A stretch of 63,182 bases of DNA, filler included, from Neoconidiobolus thromboides FSU 785 (Eukaryota; Fungi; Entomophthoromycota), in assembly GCA_025603075.1 (NCBI GenBank). It is 7 parts of 7 records of this genome, joined end to end, with 100 filler letters (N's around TTAATTAATTAA, not from the genome) between each part and the next. Parts side by side here need not be neighbours in the genome. Positions count along the whole stretch, not along the records: positions 47,211 to 57,209 come from MU626650.1; positions 57,310 to 59,545 come from MU626868.1; positions 59,646 to 60,713 come from MU627044.1; positions 60,814 to 61,913 come from MU627039.1; 3 more parts are not named here. One strand, written 5' to 3'. A program made the position numbers and the translations under genes. A model generated the notes under the pieces. The model did no database searches and was not told the origin of the DNA. It saw only the letters and a program-made list of their open reading frames with translations. Positions 50,211 through 61,321 of the stretch are shown here, piece by piece (within the stretch, counting starts at the first letter, position 1; every line of letters starts with the position of its first letter).

Positions 50211-51545
50211 TTAAATAAGGGTCACTCTTGTACGTACCAAACCATTAGTAAAATTTCTTAATGGCAACCTTCGATTAGCTTGTAAAATTCTAAAAGCTTC
50301 GTGAATATCCGCTTTTTCTAAAGGTTTATGGCTACCTTTTGGAGGATCAAAAATGGAAGGTATATTGTCATCATTAGGTTTATCTTCAATTTTTTCCACT
50401 TTTTCATCTTGTTCATAAAATTCAAATAAACTCTTAATATCCTCATTTTCCCTTTTAACCTTTTTATAATGTGTGGAGTTTAAGGAATTTTTCAAACTTT
50501 TTTTTAAATTCATTCGACTTTGTTGCTGTTGTTTTAATTTAATATCAATAGCTAATTCCGTTAATCCGCCCACCATTTCAAATGTTAAAAAACCAAGAAT
50601 ATCAATTAAATCATCATTAGCTTTAGTATCCATGTAACTCGCCATATGACACCATTCTTTAAATTTTTTACTTTTTCGATAGGTAAATGAAGCTTGTCGA
50701 CATTCTGAGTAAAATACATATTCTTCTCGACTCATCAATTGAGTAATGGCATCTGCATTCTATAAGTAAATTTATATTTAAGAATAAACCAAACTAAACT
50801 AAAACTATTTCATTTACCTTTAATCTTTGTAAACTATCATTAAAAGCGTCTCTGCTCTCCTCATCCCCTTCACTATCACTATCTAATATACTAGTCAAAG
50901 AGTTCAATAATTCCCAAGGTAATTTAACTGACATTTTTTTTAATGCTGGTTTATCTAAACGTTTTAAAACTATTAATTTCCTTTCAACAAAAAGAACCAT
51001 TAAAAAACTCACCAGCTCCATCTTCAATTAAGTCTTCTACCGCTTCATTACCCCCAGATTCTTTTGTATTTTTTCGAACATCTTTCCATGCTAAAAAAGT
51101 ACGTAACCGATTCACTTTAGCTCGATCGCGTCGTATTAAAAATATTAAATCTTCTGGTGAAACACTACGAGTATTTCGATTATTCGCTAATTTACTCGCC
51201 GAAACTACCTAATAAATGAATCAGTATAATTGATTTTTATCCCATTTCGACTCAAATTTATAAACCAAATACTAATAGTTATTACAAAATATAAATAGGA
51301 CTAATAATAAATAGAAATATTTATAAAAATTACCATTTCAATTACTTGAGTACGTACAATATCTTCAATTAACATAGCTGTTTCTGTTAATGCATCATTT
51401 TTTTCACCAAATACAAACATCATCTGCTGGATTTCACTAAGGTATTTATATTTGCTCTAAATATTTGAAACTAAAGTTAGTCCATTTGAAACATAGAAAG
51501 GTAGATTGAAATTACTTGCTTTTCGTCATTATCTACTAAATCCAT
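50211..51545 (-). CDS. SPT3: SAGA subunit Spt3, multi-exon
   Basis: KYLSEIQQMMFVFGE...LIEDIVRTQVIEM, EDLIFLIRRDRAKVNRLRTFLAWKDVRK, MSREEYVFYSECRQASFTYRKSKKFKEW, DILGFLTFEMV. Confidence 0.93.
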
Positions 51546-51665
51546 GGTGATATCTTCTCTAAGGAAATAAAGTTAAATATTAATAAAGGAAATCAACGTA
51601 ATAAAGTTTCAAGTTTGAAAAATCAAGAACAGATTTAAAAATTTAATAAAATCGTATGGTAATGC

Positions 51666-51737
51666 GGATCCATGGTGTAATGGTTAGCACCCAAGGTTTT
51701 GATCCTTGTAATCCGAGTTCGATTCTCGGTGGGTCCT
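51666..51737 (+). tRNA. tRNA-Gln (TTG), acceptor-stem variant
   Basis: GGATCCATGGTG...TTTTGAT...TGGGTCCT, followed by a T run. Confidence 0.96.
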
Positions 51738-51866
51738 TTTAAGTACGATTGAAATTTTTTTTAGCTTATTATAATATTAAATAATTCTATAAAGACAATA
51801 AGTAAGATATAGAAAAATGATATCAAAATACAAAAAAATAACAATTCTATTTATTTATTCATTTTT

Positions 51867-53328
51867 TTAAGGTACAAATGGACTTTCTTTAATCTTAGCC
51901 ATAGGTTCATAAAACTCTCTACCTAATCCAGCTTGATCTCTAGCAGGATAATTAAAAGGGGGTTTTAAAGTACCAAAGAAATGTTTTGATACAAAAGCAT
52001 GAAAATACTTGGCATTAGGATCTATCTTATTTTCTTTAACTAACATATCTTCAGGTAATTCTAAATCTATAGTTTCAGTTGAAGTTTCTTTAAATTCTGT
52101 TTTGTCTTCTGTGTTTTCACTCTTTTCCTCTCCTTCTTTTACACTCAATGCTCCTATCTTTTCTTCCAATTCCATTTCTTTTTTCAATAATTCATCCATC
52201 CTATCTCTGTTTTTATCACAGTAATATTTAAACCATCGAGTCCCAATTTCCACATGAGTTATTTCATCTTCGTAAATTTTTTCTAACATAGTACTTGATT
52301 CAATATCCCCATGTTTTTTGAAATTATTAATTGTACTTGGGTTCACGTCAAGACCTCGTGCTTCATGAACCATATGTACAATGGCCATACGAGCAGGCAT
52401 GAGATGCTTAGTTTCTGCTGCCGATTCCCAGATGCCTAGAAAAGGGAAGATGAGATTAGTAACAAGTTAAGGAAGGGAAAATAACTATTTGATTTTAAAA
52501 ACTAATTGTTAAATATTAACTTACCAGCGTGGATAGGTATATCACCAAATTTAGCATCCAAAGCATCAAGTCGTTGAATCAACCAATTAAAATGCTATTA
52601 TAAAAACTGATTAATAATCTTCTATCAATTACTAGTTTTTTTTAATTTAAATCACATCCTTTTAATTAGAATAAAATTTTAAATTGAAATCAAAACTTCA
52701 TTTACCTTAGCTTCATCTAAGGCCATTTTTACAAAATCATCATAGTATCCTTTTGGAAATGGTGGATTATTGGAGTTCTCTTCGATTTTACCAAAACGTG
52801 CTATATTATCCCAAGCTGTATCAATAGCCCACTGTTCCACATTAGCTAATGCATGTAAAATAGTGATTCTAGAAGCCTATTGAAAAGGAGAAAGGGATTA
52901 ATATTAATATTAGTTTTAAATTTTGTATTCTTTTAATTATCATTTTAAAAAAGATCAAAATATTTAATATTAATACTTACTAAACTACCTGCTTTTCCTC
53001 GACGAGGTGCTCGTCCTGGTTGTACGATATCAAAATTACTTGGGCGGGGCGGTATATCAGGGATACTCTCTTCTCTTCCTATAGGTAAATTCTCTTTATT
53101 TCGCCACCATTCTCCTGCCTCATTTGTTAATTTTACTTTTTCTATTGGATCTTCAGTATATAGTATTTTAGCTGCCCATTGGCATAAAGTAGTTGGAGTA
53201 ACTATTGTTGGGGGTGTTGTCATTCGATTGAATTTAGGTGGTAAATAAGTTAACGGATTATAGTTTTGTTTAGTTTTAATAGATTGATAAAATTTAGTCA
53301 ATGTAGTGAAGTGGGATTTAAATATCAT
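51867..53328 (-). CDS. DUF455 ferritin-like di-iron protein, 4 exons
   Basis: ILHALANVEQWAIDTAWDIIARF, DEAKHF, VHEARGLD and DEITHVEIGTRWF motifs; start is 53328 or an internal ATG near 53223. Confidence 0.88.
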
Positions 53329-53457
53329 AAAGATAAAAAGTAGAAATTTAGATTGAAATTTTTATTAAATGGAACTTAAATTTGAAATAAGAATAAATTA
53401 AAATGAACAAAATTAATAAAAATACAATTCAACTTTAATAAATAAATATACATTTGA

Positions 53458-56400
53458 TTAAAAGGATAAATCTACCATAGTTTTTGTAGTTGGATGCATT
53501 TGTAACCCATAAACTGTTTTTGTAAATTTCAATTTTCCCCATGATTTATAAATATATAATCGAAGACTAGCATACATAATTAAAAATACTCCTCCTACTA
53601 AAGGTATCCAAATAAAATCGAAATTCAATTTATAAGAGGATCCAAATACTATATTTAAAAATGGAACATAAACACAAATGAATCCAATTATTAATCCGAA
53701 TCCAATACCTGCAAAATTCTTCCAGTTTGAAAACATTTGACGACCAAATGGGTATTGTAAATATGCTTTTACAGCAAATAGATTGAAAGCTTGCATAATC
53801 ATAACAGATAATAAAAAAGCAGATTGACCTTGAGCATTAATATCTAATAAATCACTTGTTGTATACTCTTTTCCAACACTTGAAATAAATATTTGTTGAC
53901 TATCATCAAAATTACCTTGCTTTGATGCTAAATAAATATCACTTAAATAAATCTCTTTTCTATAGAATGTCCAAAAAAAGGCAATAAATCCAACAATCGT
54001 TTCAATAATACCTGCTTCAAACCAAGACCAAAAAACAAGGTCTTTATCAATTAAAAACTCTCCTTCATTCTTTTCAAATAAATATTCTTTTAATCCTCCA
54101 TTAAACAACCACTCTAGTTTGTCTTTTATCTTTTGTAGAAGATTAGGTTTTATAATTTGATTTGATTCTAAATCTACTTTCATTTGGAGCTTTCTTTTTT
54201 GTCGCTTTCTAAATTGTTCAATTGTAGTTTTATTCACTGGATTTCTAGGTTGTAATCTCATTAACCCTGCATCTGAATCAATCTTATCCCAAGCAAAAGA
54301 TAATGAAGTACATAAATCAAATCCTAAATCAATGACCAATGTTAATGCAGTTGACATAGCAGCAGGTACTGAAAACAAAGCAGGGGCAATTTGTGGTAAT
54401 ACTTCTGGAAATGTATGTGTACAAGTTAATTTAATACATTTCTTTATATTAATGAATGTTCTTCTACCTTCTTCGATACCCTTAACAATAGTTGAAAAAT
54501 TATTGCTTAACAAAATAATACTAGCAATTTCCCCTACTACTTCAGAACCTGAATAAGCCATTGCTATTGATAAATCAGCTTTTTTCAAGGCTGGTGCATC
54601 ATTAACACCATCCCCTACCATACCAACAATATGTCCGATAGATTGTGCTCTCTTTATGATCTCTAATTTATGTGTAGGTAAAGTACTTGCAAAGATAATT
54701 TCTTCATTATCAAATATGTCATCCCATTCATCATCTGTTAAGTTGCTAATTTGATTACCGTTAATAACTACTGAAGTATATTCGTGAGATTCAATTAATT
54801 CAATGTTTCTTCCTGTTCTTTTAGCTATTTTTTCTTTTGTCTCCATTACCATCATATTTGTTTTTCTTGCTATTGCTTCAGCACATAAAGGATTATCATC
54901 CGACACCATTATCATTTTAATACCTGCAGTACGACAACGTCCAATAGCTTCACGAATTCCATGCTTGGGTGGATCTTCTAATGCTAATAAACCGTTAAAA
55001 CAATAACCAGATAATGGATAATTTTTAGTTCTTAAATCAAATTTATAATTTATATTATATATCTCATTGGATAATTTCAGTTGTGCAAAAGCAAACACTT
55101 TATAACCTTTACTTGATAAATTGGTATTAGATTCAATCACTTTTGTTCGGTTTTCTTCAGTTAGCCCGATTTCTCTATCTTCATAATTCATACTTGTGCA
55201 TAAATTTAGTATACCTTCCACTTCTCCTTTAACAAATAATATAAAATGGCCATCTTCATGTTCTATTTTATGTATGTTTAGATTATATCTTTTTCTTATA
55301 TTGTACCCTGTTTCTAATACTCTAGGATATTCACTTAATAAACTATCGAACGAAGTATCGTACTTATAACAAAAATTCAATAACCCACACTCTGCTGGAC
55401 CCCCAATTGTATTCCTATGATCGATTTCTAGATCATTGCGATCAAATGTAGCAGTTGTAGTTAACCCAACATTTCTCAATAATCCTTTCATTCCATCCAT
55501 TTCTGGATTAAAAGATAAACAATGACCTATCCTCCCCTTTTGAGCGACACTGAAAAGCTCTAAATTATTATAGACAATTGAAACAGACATTTCATTCCTA
55601 GTTAATATACCAACTTTATCTGTAATTAACATAGTTACACTACCTAACGTTTCAACGCCCTGAAAATCCTTAACTAAGATCTGATTATCAGCTAGAGATT
55701 TCACTGCTATGGATAACATTAAATTGATGGATGCAGGTAAACCTTCAGGCACCCAAGCCAATAACAAACCAGCTGAGAATAAAAAAGCTTTAACTACATT
55801 ATTTGTACTAACAAAAACCAAAGAAAAAAATATAGCTACAGTAATTAAATCAATAGCATAAATAGCTAGTACAAAAGATTTGATTTCTTTGGTTAATCTA
55901 GCGGATTTTTTCTTTTCTTTATTAGTCAATTGCAAAATTCTACCCAGCATAGTCTGGTTACCTGTCCTAATAACAACACCATATCCATCACCACTGACGA
56001 CATGGGTACCTTTAAAAACAATGTTTGTGGCATCAAACACATAGCTAATTTTATTACTACTCTTTTTTTCTAAAAACTTAGTTTCTCCAGTCAAAGAAGA
56101 GTTATTAACAATTAAATGATCAGTATGAAATAATCGAATATCTGCTGGTATTGTTTCATTTTGTTTTAATAACACAACATCCCCTGGAACTAAATCTTTT
56201 ACTGATACCTTTAATATATCTGAATCTCTTAACAAGTAGCAATACTCGGGTATAATATTTCTACAAGATTCTAGTATATTCTCACTCTTTTGCTCCTGTA
56301 TGTAGTCTAGGGTAGCATTAAACAGCGAAGCTCCAAGTAACACAGAGCCTAAATAAATATCGGGTATAATTGAACCATAATCTTTTAAAATTAACAAAAA

Positions 56401-56688
56401 GCAGATGATACCAAACAATACTAATGGGAAATTAAATACGGAGAATAAATATTTAAGAAACTGTATGATGCGTGAGGATTTTTTTGTGAATGTTAATATA
56501 TTTTCTCCATAAATTTGTCGTCGTTGTTTTTGTTCTTCTAATGAAAGACCTTGACTGAGGTAAGGTTGGGCTATATTGATCCTTGTTTTTAATCGTTTAA
56601 TGACATCAATAATAGGTAACCTATGTTCAACAATCTTGTTGTTGCCATCATCTTGTTTCCTTTGTTCTGACGATTGTCTTATTGCCAT
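53458..56688 (-). CDS. Type IIC (Na+/K+-ATPase-like) P-type ATPase with altered catalytic motifs
   Basis: NSSLTGET, VPEGLP, DKVGILT, DPPK, GDGVNDAPALKKAD, GRRTFINIKK, IDLGFD; 1076-aa intronless ORF with 10-TM architecture. Confidence 0.92.
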   Translation of the reverse strand: MAIRQSSEQRKQDDGNNKIVEHRLPIIDVIKRLKTRINIAQPYLSQGLSLEEQKQRRQIYGENILTFTKKSSRIIQFLKYLFSVFNFPLVLFGIICFLLILKDYGSIIPDIYLGSVLLGASLFNATLDYIQEQKSENILESCRNIIPEYCYLLRDSDILKVSVKDLVPGDVVLLKQNETIPADIRLFHTDHLIVNNSSLTGETKFLEKKSSNKISYVFDATNIVFKGTHVVSGDGYGVVIRTGNQTMLGRILQLTNKEKKKSARLTKEIKSFVLAIYAIDLITVAIFFSLVFVSTNNVVKAFLFSAGLLLAWVPEGLPASINLMLSIAVKSLADNQILVKDFQGVETLGSVTMLITDKVGILTRNEMSVSIVYNNLELFSVAQKGRIGHCLSFNPEMDGMKGLLRNVGLTTTATFDRNDLEIDHRNTIGGPAECGLLNFCYKYDTSFDSLLSEYPRVLETGYNIRKRYNLNIHKIEHEDGHFILFVKGEVEGILNLCTSMNYEDREIGLTEENRTKVIESNTNLSSKGYKVFAFAQLKLSNEIYNINYKFDLRTKNYPLSGYCFNGLLALEDPPKHGIREAIGRCRTAGIKMIMVSDDNPLCAEAIARKTNMMVMETKEKIAKRTGRNIELIESHEYTSVVINGNQISNLTDDEWDDIFDNEEIIFASTLPTHKLEIIKRAQSIGHIVGMVGDGVNDAPALKKADLSIAMAYSGSEVVGEIASIILLSNNFSTIVKGIEEGRRTFINIKKCIKLTCTHTFPEVLPQIAPALFSVPAAMSTALTLVIDLGFDLCTSLSFAWDKIDSDAGLMRLQPRNPVNKTTIEQFRKRQKRKLQMKVDLESNQIIKPNLLQKIKDKLEWLFNGGLKEYLFEKNEGEFLIDKDLVFWSWFEAGIIETIVGFIAFFWTFYRKEIYLSDIYLASKQGNFDDSQQIFISSVGKEYTTSDLLDINAQGQSAFLLSVMIMQAFNLFAVKAYLQYPFGRQMFSNWKNFAGIGFGLIIGFICVYVPFLNIVFGSSYKLNFDFIWIPLVGGVFLIMYASLRLYIYKSWGKLKFTKTVYGLQMHPTTKTMVDLSF

Positions 56689-57012
56689 TTTTAATGTTAA
56701 AATCGGTTAGTATTAAGTGTATAGATAAAAACAATCAAAGAAATAGAAAAACTTTGACAGAAATGGCGGGATATTTTTACTCATGGGGATTAATTGAAAA
56801 AAGTGGAGGTTAAATATGGATAAATTGATGGATTTCTATTAAGAGACAAGGAATGACTTAATAATATTTTTTGATTGGTTTAAATTTGATTGTTCTTGAA
56901 ATCAAAGTTAAGCCTAAGATTATTAACCAAATTTGGCAGTACTCATGCTATCCTTTGTTCATCTTACTTTCTTTTATTTGATTGAGCACCTAATTATAAA
57001 ATAGTACTATAT

Positions 57013-57209
57013 AGGGATGTTTTTTTTGGCTTTATCACTTTTTCCATCTTTTAAGCATTATTTGAGTGGAAAATTTGTTAGTAAAATTCTTAAACACAAA
57101 AATACGTCCCCATATGGGGATGTATTTTTGTGTTTAAGAATTTTACTAACAAATTTTCCGCTTACATAGCGCTTAAAAAATGGAAAAAATAATGAAGTCA
57201 AAAAAAACA
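57013..57209. mobile_element. Head-to-head MITE pair (57013-57111 minus, 57116-57209 plus)
   Basis: The copies share a single ATAT; the second runs into a gap. Confidence 0.85.
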
Positions 57210-57309
57210 NNNNNNNNNNNNNNNNNNNNNNNNNNNNNNNNNNNNNNNNNNNNTTAATTAATTAANNNNNNNNNNNNNNNNNNNNNNNNNNNNNNNNNNN
57301 NNNNNNNNN

Positions 57310-58011
57310 TGGTGGTTGCTATATTGCAATAGTTAGTGGTGGTGAGCAGAAAATGAAAATGTTTGATTTCTTTGGCGCCCAAATTTGGAGATTATTAGCA
57401 ATTGTATACCTCATAATCGTAGTAGTTGCTGTAATGATGTCCTTGAAAAAAGAGTCCATTCTAGTGGAAAATAAATATCTACGAGGCACAAAAACCTCAA
57501 TGAAAGCATTGAAAAGTGTTAAGCTTTTAGCCTATAGAATGTAACAAATAATATATATATATATAACAGTCTAATTGAAATTTAGTTTATTATATCCTTT
57601 AGTAATGATAATTGGTAACACCGCAGGAATTTTGTCTCAAACTCATGATGCTTTTAGTAATACTTCCAGTCCATTTTTAGACTCTTGGACTATGCTTACG
57701 TTTCCTCTTGTTGGGACATTGAATTTTGTTGCCTTTTGCTCTGATCCAACCGTCCATTCTGCTATTAAGAAAACTTATTTAAGACTATCGTTTTATTATT
57801 CATATGGAAGAGAGATTAGAGTAGAAAACAATAGTAAGCTGATTTTAGAACTCTAGATTTATTAACCATATATTTAGATAATGATGGAACCTTCGAGCTT
57901 GTTAATGATACCTCCACAAATAATAGTAATGTCACTGAAATTGGCGATGTTCCAGAGAGTGCAACAGAAAATGAAGATATTTTACTTCAACGTTTTGTAA
58001 GCACCTTATAA
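57310..58011 (+). CDS. 3' part (TM5-TM7 and tail) of a GPCR-like 7TM protein; 5' end lost at the gap; introns 57541-57585 and about 57834-57877
   Basis: Spliced frame ...YLIIVVVAVMM...AYRI|LLYPLVMIIG...GTLNFVAFCSDP...RFVSTL*, with a TM6 YP motif and a TM7 GxLN...DP motif. Confidence 0.7.
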
Positions 58012-58300
58012 AGAGTAATTAATAAAATTTGAACTTAAGTTCATAAACATGCATTTTTATTAAATTTTTGAAATAGTTATTTTAGTAACGTTAGATTTTG
58101 CATTCATATAAATAGGTAAATTTAAGAAACCATCAAGTTAAAAATAGATTCCACGAATCTGAATATTTATAATTTATATAACCAATTCTAAGCTAGGAAG
58201 AATTATATATTCTTGTCCTGTCTATCTTTAGCTAATAAAATCCTTACAGTAAGACTATAAGAAAATGAACTTTGCATATAGACCAACTTAAGTACTATAT

Positions 58301-58398
58301 AGGGGTGTTTTTTTGATTTCATTACTTTTTCCATTTTTCAAGTCTTATTTGAGTGGAAAAATTGGTAGTAAAATTACTAAATACAAAAATATATCCTC
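58301..58398 (-). mobile_element. GGGGATG MITE
   Basis: ATAT/ATAT flanks. Confidence 0.8.
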
Positions 58399-58853
58399 AT
58401 ATATATTTTTAGATCTCTAAAGTTTGAGACTCAGTTATGAGATTTATAAAACTAGAACATTAGAGTATACGTTTAAGTTCTATATTTGATTAAAAATATG
58501 ATGTAAAAAAATAAATAATAAAATCAAAAAACTATCAGTCATGGTATAATATTATTGGTTTATCTAATTATCAGAATATTTTATTATATCCGAGCGTTTT
58601 TTATTAAATATGTATCCCTTGAAAGGATTATTCTCGAATCACCTGCTAGAACAAATAAAGTTGAAAAAAATACTTGAGCATTGAAAATAAACTACCCCAT
58701 GGGGCAATAATATGACAGATTTGAGAATTAAAAAGAAATATTGTAATTCTTTTTTAGAGATTTTACTATCTTTTGAATGGAGTTACAATACAGGAAATAG
58801 ATTTTTTTTTGAGAATATCCTAAAGTTTATAAATTACAGTCCATGTAGTATAT

Positions 58854-58951
58854 GGGGGTGTTTTTTTGACTTCATTACTTTTTCTATCTTTTAAATCCCA
58901 TTTGAGCAGAAAGATTGTTAGTAAAATTTTCAAACACAAAAATACATCCTC
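58854..58951 (-). mobile_element. GGGGATG MITE
   Basis: ATAT/ATAT flanks. Confidence 0.8.
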
Positions 58952-59137
58952 ATATCTTTTTCTCTTAGTTACTTTTTTGTTTTTTAAATTTGAAAACCTG
59001 AAGAACAATTAAATCGTCAATAAAGATATATCTATCTGTTGGGTTTATTAATTTTAAGTTTTATTGTTAGATTTAGTTTGTAATATTACAATTTTAGAAT
59101 TTTTGTTTTATATCCTATATTATTTTATAAAGTATAT

Positions 59138-59235
59138 GGAGATGCATTTTTTTGTTTAAGAATTGTACTGACAATCTTTCCGCTCAAATGGGATTTAAAA
59201 GATAAAAAGTAATGAAGCCAAAAAAAAACATCCCC
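59138..59235 (+). mobile_element. GGGGATG MITE
   Basis: ATAT/ATAT flanks. Confidence 0.8.
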
Positions 59236-59449
59236 ATATATATTTTTTAATTATCCCAAATTTTTATAAAATTGGTTACATTTAAATACTTTTATTCTTT
59301 TAAATTTGTTATTGATCTTTTTTATAACAAATTTATAAGCTATATATAATGTTCTAATTTATCAACTTACTATAAAAGAAATTAAAAACAAAACGATTGA
59401 AATGCAACTTATTTTAAAAATTCCTTTTTCATCTTAAAATTTTGTTTGT

Positions 59450-59545
59450 TGTGAAATATCGCTTTGTCAGTCCCATGGTTAATTATAGCATAATCGCTTA
59501 AGCTGTCGTGTTCTCGATTATAGAGACAATTAGTCCCATCCTCTT
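59450..59545 (+). mobile_element. Left end of the TGTGAAAT element running into a gap
   Basis: TGTGAAATATCGCTTTGTCAG... matches 20560 onward. Confidence 0.8.
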
Positions 59546-59645
59546 NNNNNNNNNNNNNNNNNNNNNNNNNNNNNNNNNNNNNNNNNNNNTTAATTAATTA
59601 ANNNNNNNNNNNNNNNNNNNNNNNNNNNNNNNNNNNNNNNNNNNN

Positions 59646-60713
59646 CTTATTTTTTTATTTTTTCAAGTTAAACTTTATTCGAGTTATTATTTTTATCTTC
59701 CTTATTCTAATAAGTGGTATAGATAAAATTATGGCTTCTTATCGAATAAAATTCTCAATCCTTTTAAATTGACTTATTCAAATAGCACTCCTATTAAAAT
59801 TGCAAACTTTAAGCGATTTTATTGTAGTGTTTATAGGTATATAAACATCCTTCGAACTTTTATTTAAATGACTTTAACAGTTTCCTCCAACACCCAATTT
59901 TCAAACCCTCTTACGCTCTCCAAGTACTACTTTTGCTCAAACATTAAATGAACATCAAAAATTAGTTTATCTACTATCCTATTATTCAAGATTTTTGATA
60001 CTCTTATATCTTTGTATTGAACATTAGGCTTCACTCATTTAAATTTCAAACGTGTTTTAACATCATTTTAGATATTTATTGAAATTAAACCTTTTATAAG
60101 TACTTTGCTACATCGAGTAGTCTAGTTCATCTACGCAGCTTTTAAATAAATGGGGATGTTTTTGTATTTAAGAATTTTACTAGCAATTTTTCCACTCAAA
60201 TAGCGCTTAAAAGGTGAAAAAAGTAATGAAGCCAAAAAAACATCCCCAAATTTAATATAAATCTATCACAGTTTCTCACCTTGTATCAATAGTATTTCTA
60301 GAATAGAAAAATCTTTTTGCAATGGAGCTACAATAATTATATAAAACAAGCCTCATGTGTAAATAAATAATCTGAAAAAGTGTTTTCAATATTATTTAAA
60401 ATCTTTTAATAGTCTATCATTTAGAGTTGAATAATATATAATATAACTATCAGTATATTTTGATTAGAAGTTAGTTTATGCTTTGGTACACTTCGTTTAA
60501 ATTAAAACATCAAGCCATTTCAAAGGGGTCGTTCTTAAAAAACCATTATTTGACTATATCAGAGGAATTGATATTTAAAAAACTACTTGAAGTAGTTTGA
60601 ATGTTTTGTTCGATTGACAAGAAGCCATAATTTTATCTATACCACTTATTAGAATAAGGAAGATAAAAATAATAACTCGAATAAAGTTTAACTTGAAAAA
60701 ATAAAAAAATAAG
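59646..60713. repeat. Gap-bounded contig with perfect 95-bp terminal inverted repeats
   Basis: 59646-59740 is the exact reverse complement of 60619-60713. Confidence 0.9.
60152..60247 (+). mobile_element. GGGGATG MITE
   Basis: AAAT/AAAT flanks. Confidence 0.8.
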
Positions 60714-60824
60714 NNNNNNNNNNNNNNNNNNNNNNNNNNNNNNNNNNNNNNNNNNNNTTAATTAATTAANNNNNNNNNNNNNNNNNNNNNNNNNNNNNNN
60801 NNNNNNNNNNNNNTCAAAATAAGA

Positions 60825-60918
60825 CTTGGGATTGATTGTCTCCGAACTCGAGAACACAACGACTTAAGTGACTATTATGTTATAATCAATTATAGAGCTG
60901 AGAAAGCGCTATCTCACA
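60825..60918 (-). mobile_element. Diverged left end of the TGTGAAAT element
   Basis: Reverse complement aligns to 59450-59540 with many substitutions. Confidence 0.65.
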
Positions 60919-61214
60919 GAAACTTATCTCCAGAATTGCCAGATTCCAATTAAGAACATGCCAAATAAAATAATGCATTTTATGTAAAATTAATTTAAAT
61001 AGAAAAGTTTCAGAATTGATTTAAGTTTTTAGTAACTTTCAATAATTTAACAAAGTAATAAAACTATAAAAACTAATTTTATAGTCTATATCTTCGTTAT
61101 TCAAACATTATATTTTGTTTTTACTAAAACTTTCACTTTTAACTTGATTTGTTTTTTATTATGTTTATTTTTATTATTTCATATAATTTATTTTAGTTAT
61201 ATGAATTAATTTAT

Positions 61215-61321
61215 GGGGATGTGTTTTTTTATTTAAGAATTTTATTACAATCTTTCCACTCAAATAGTGCTTAAAAAATGGAAAATTTGTTAATAAAATA
61301 CTTACACAAAAATACACACCT
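61215..61321. mobile_element. Fold-back variant of the MITE
   Basis: The left-arm sequence is present at both ends in inverted orientation. Confidence 0.7.

Noticed and set aside
51666-53328. Functional link between DUF455 (ferritin-like, same fold class as tRNA hydroxylase MiaE) and the adjacent tRNA-Gln
   Set aside because: tRNA genes are dispersed (three in this window) and eukaryotic adjacency gives no support.
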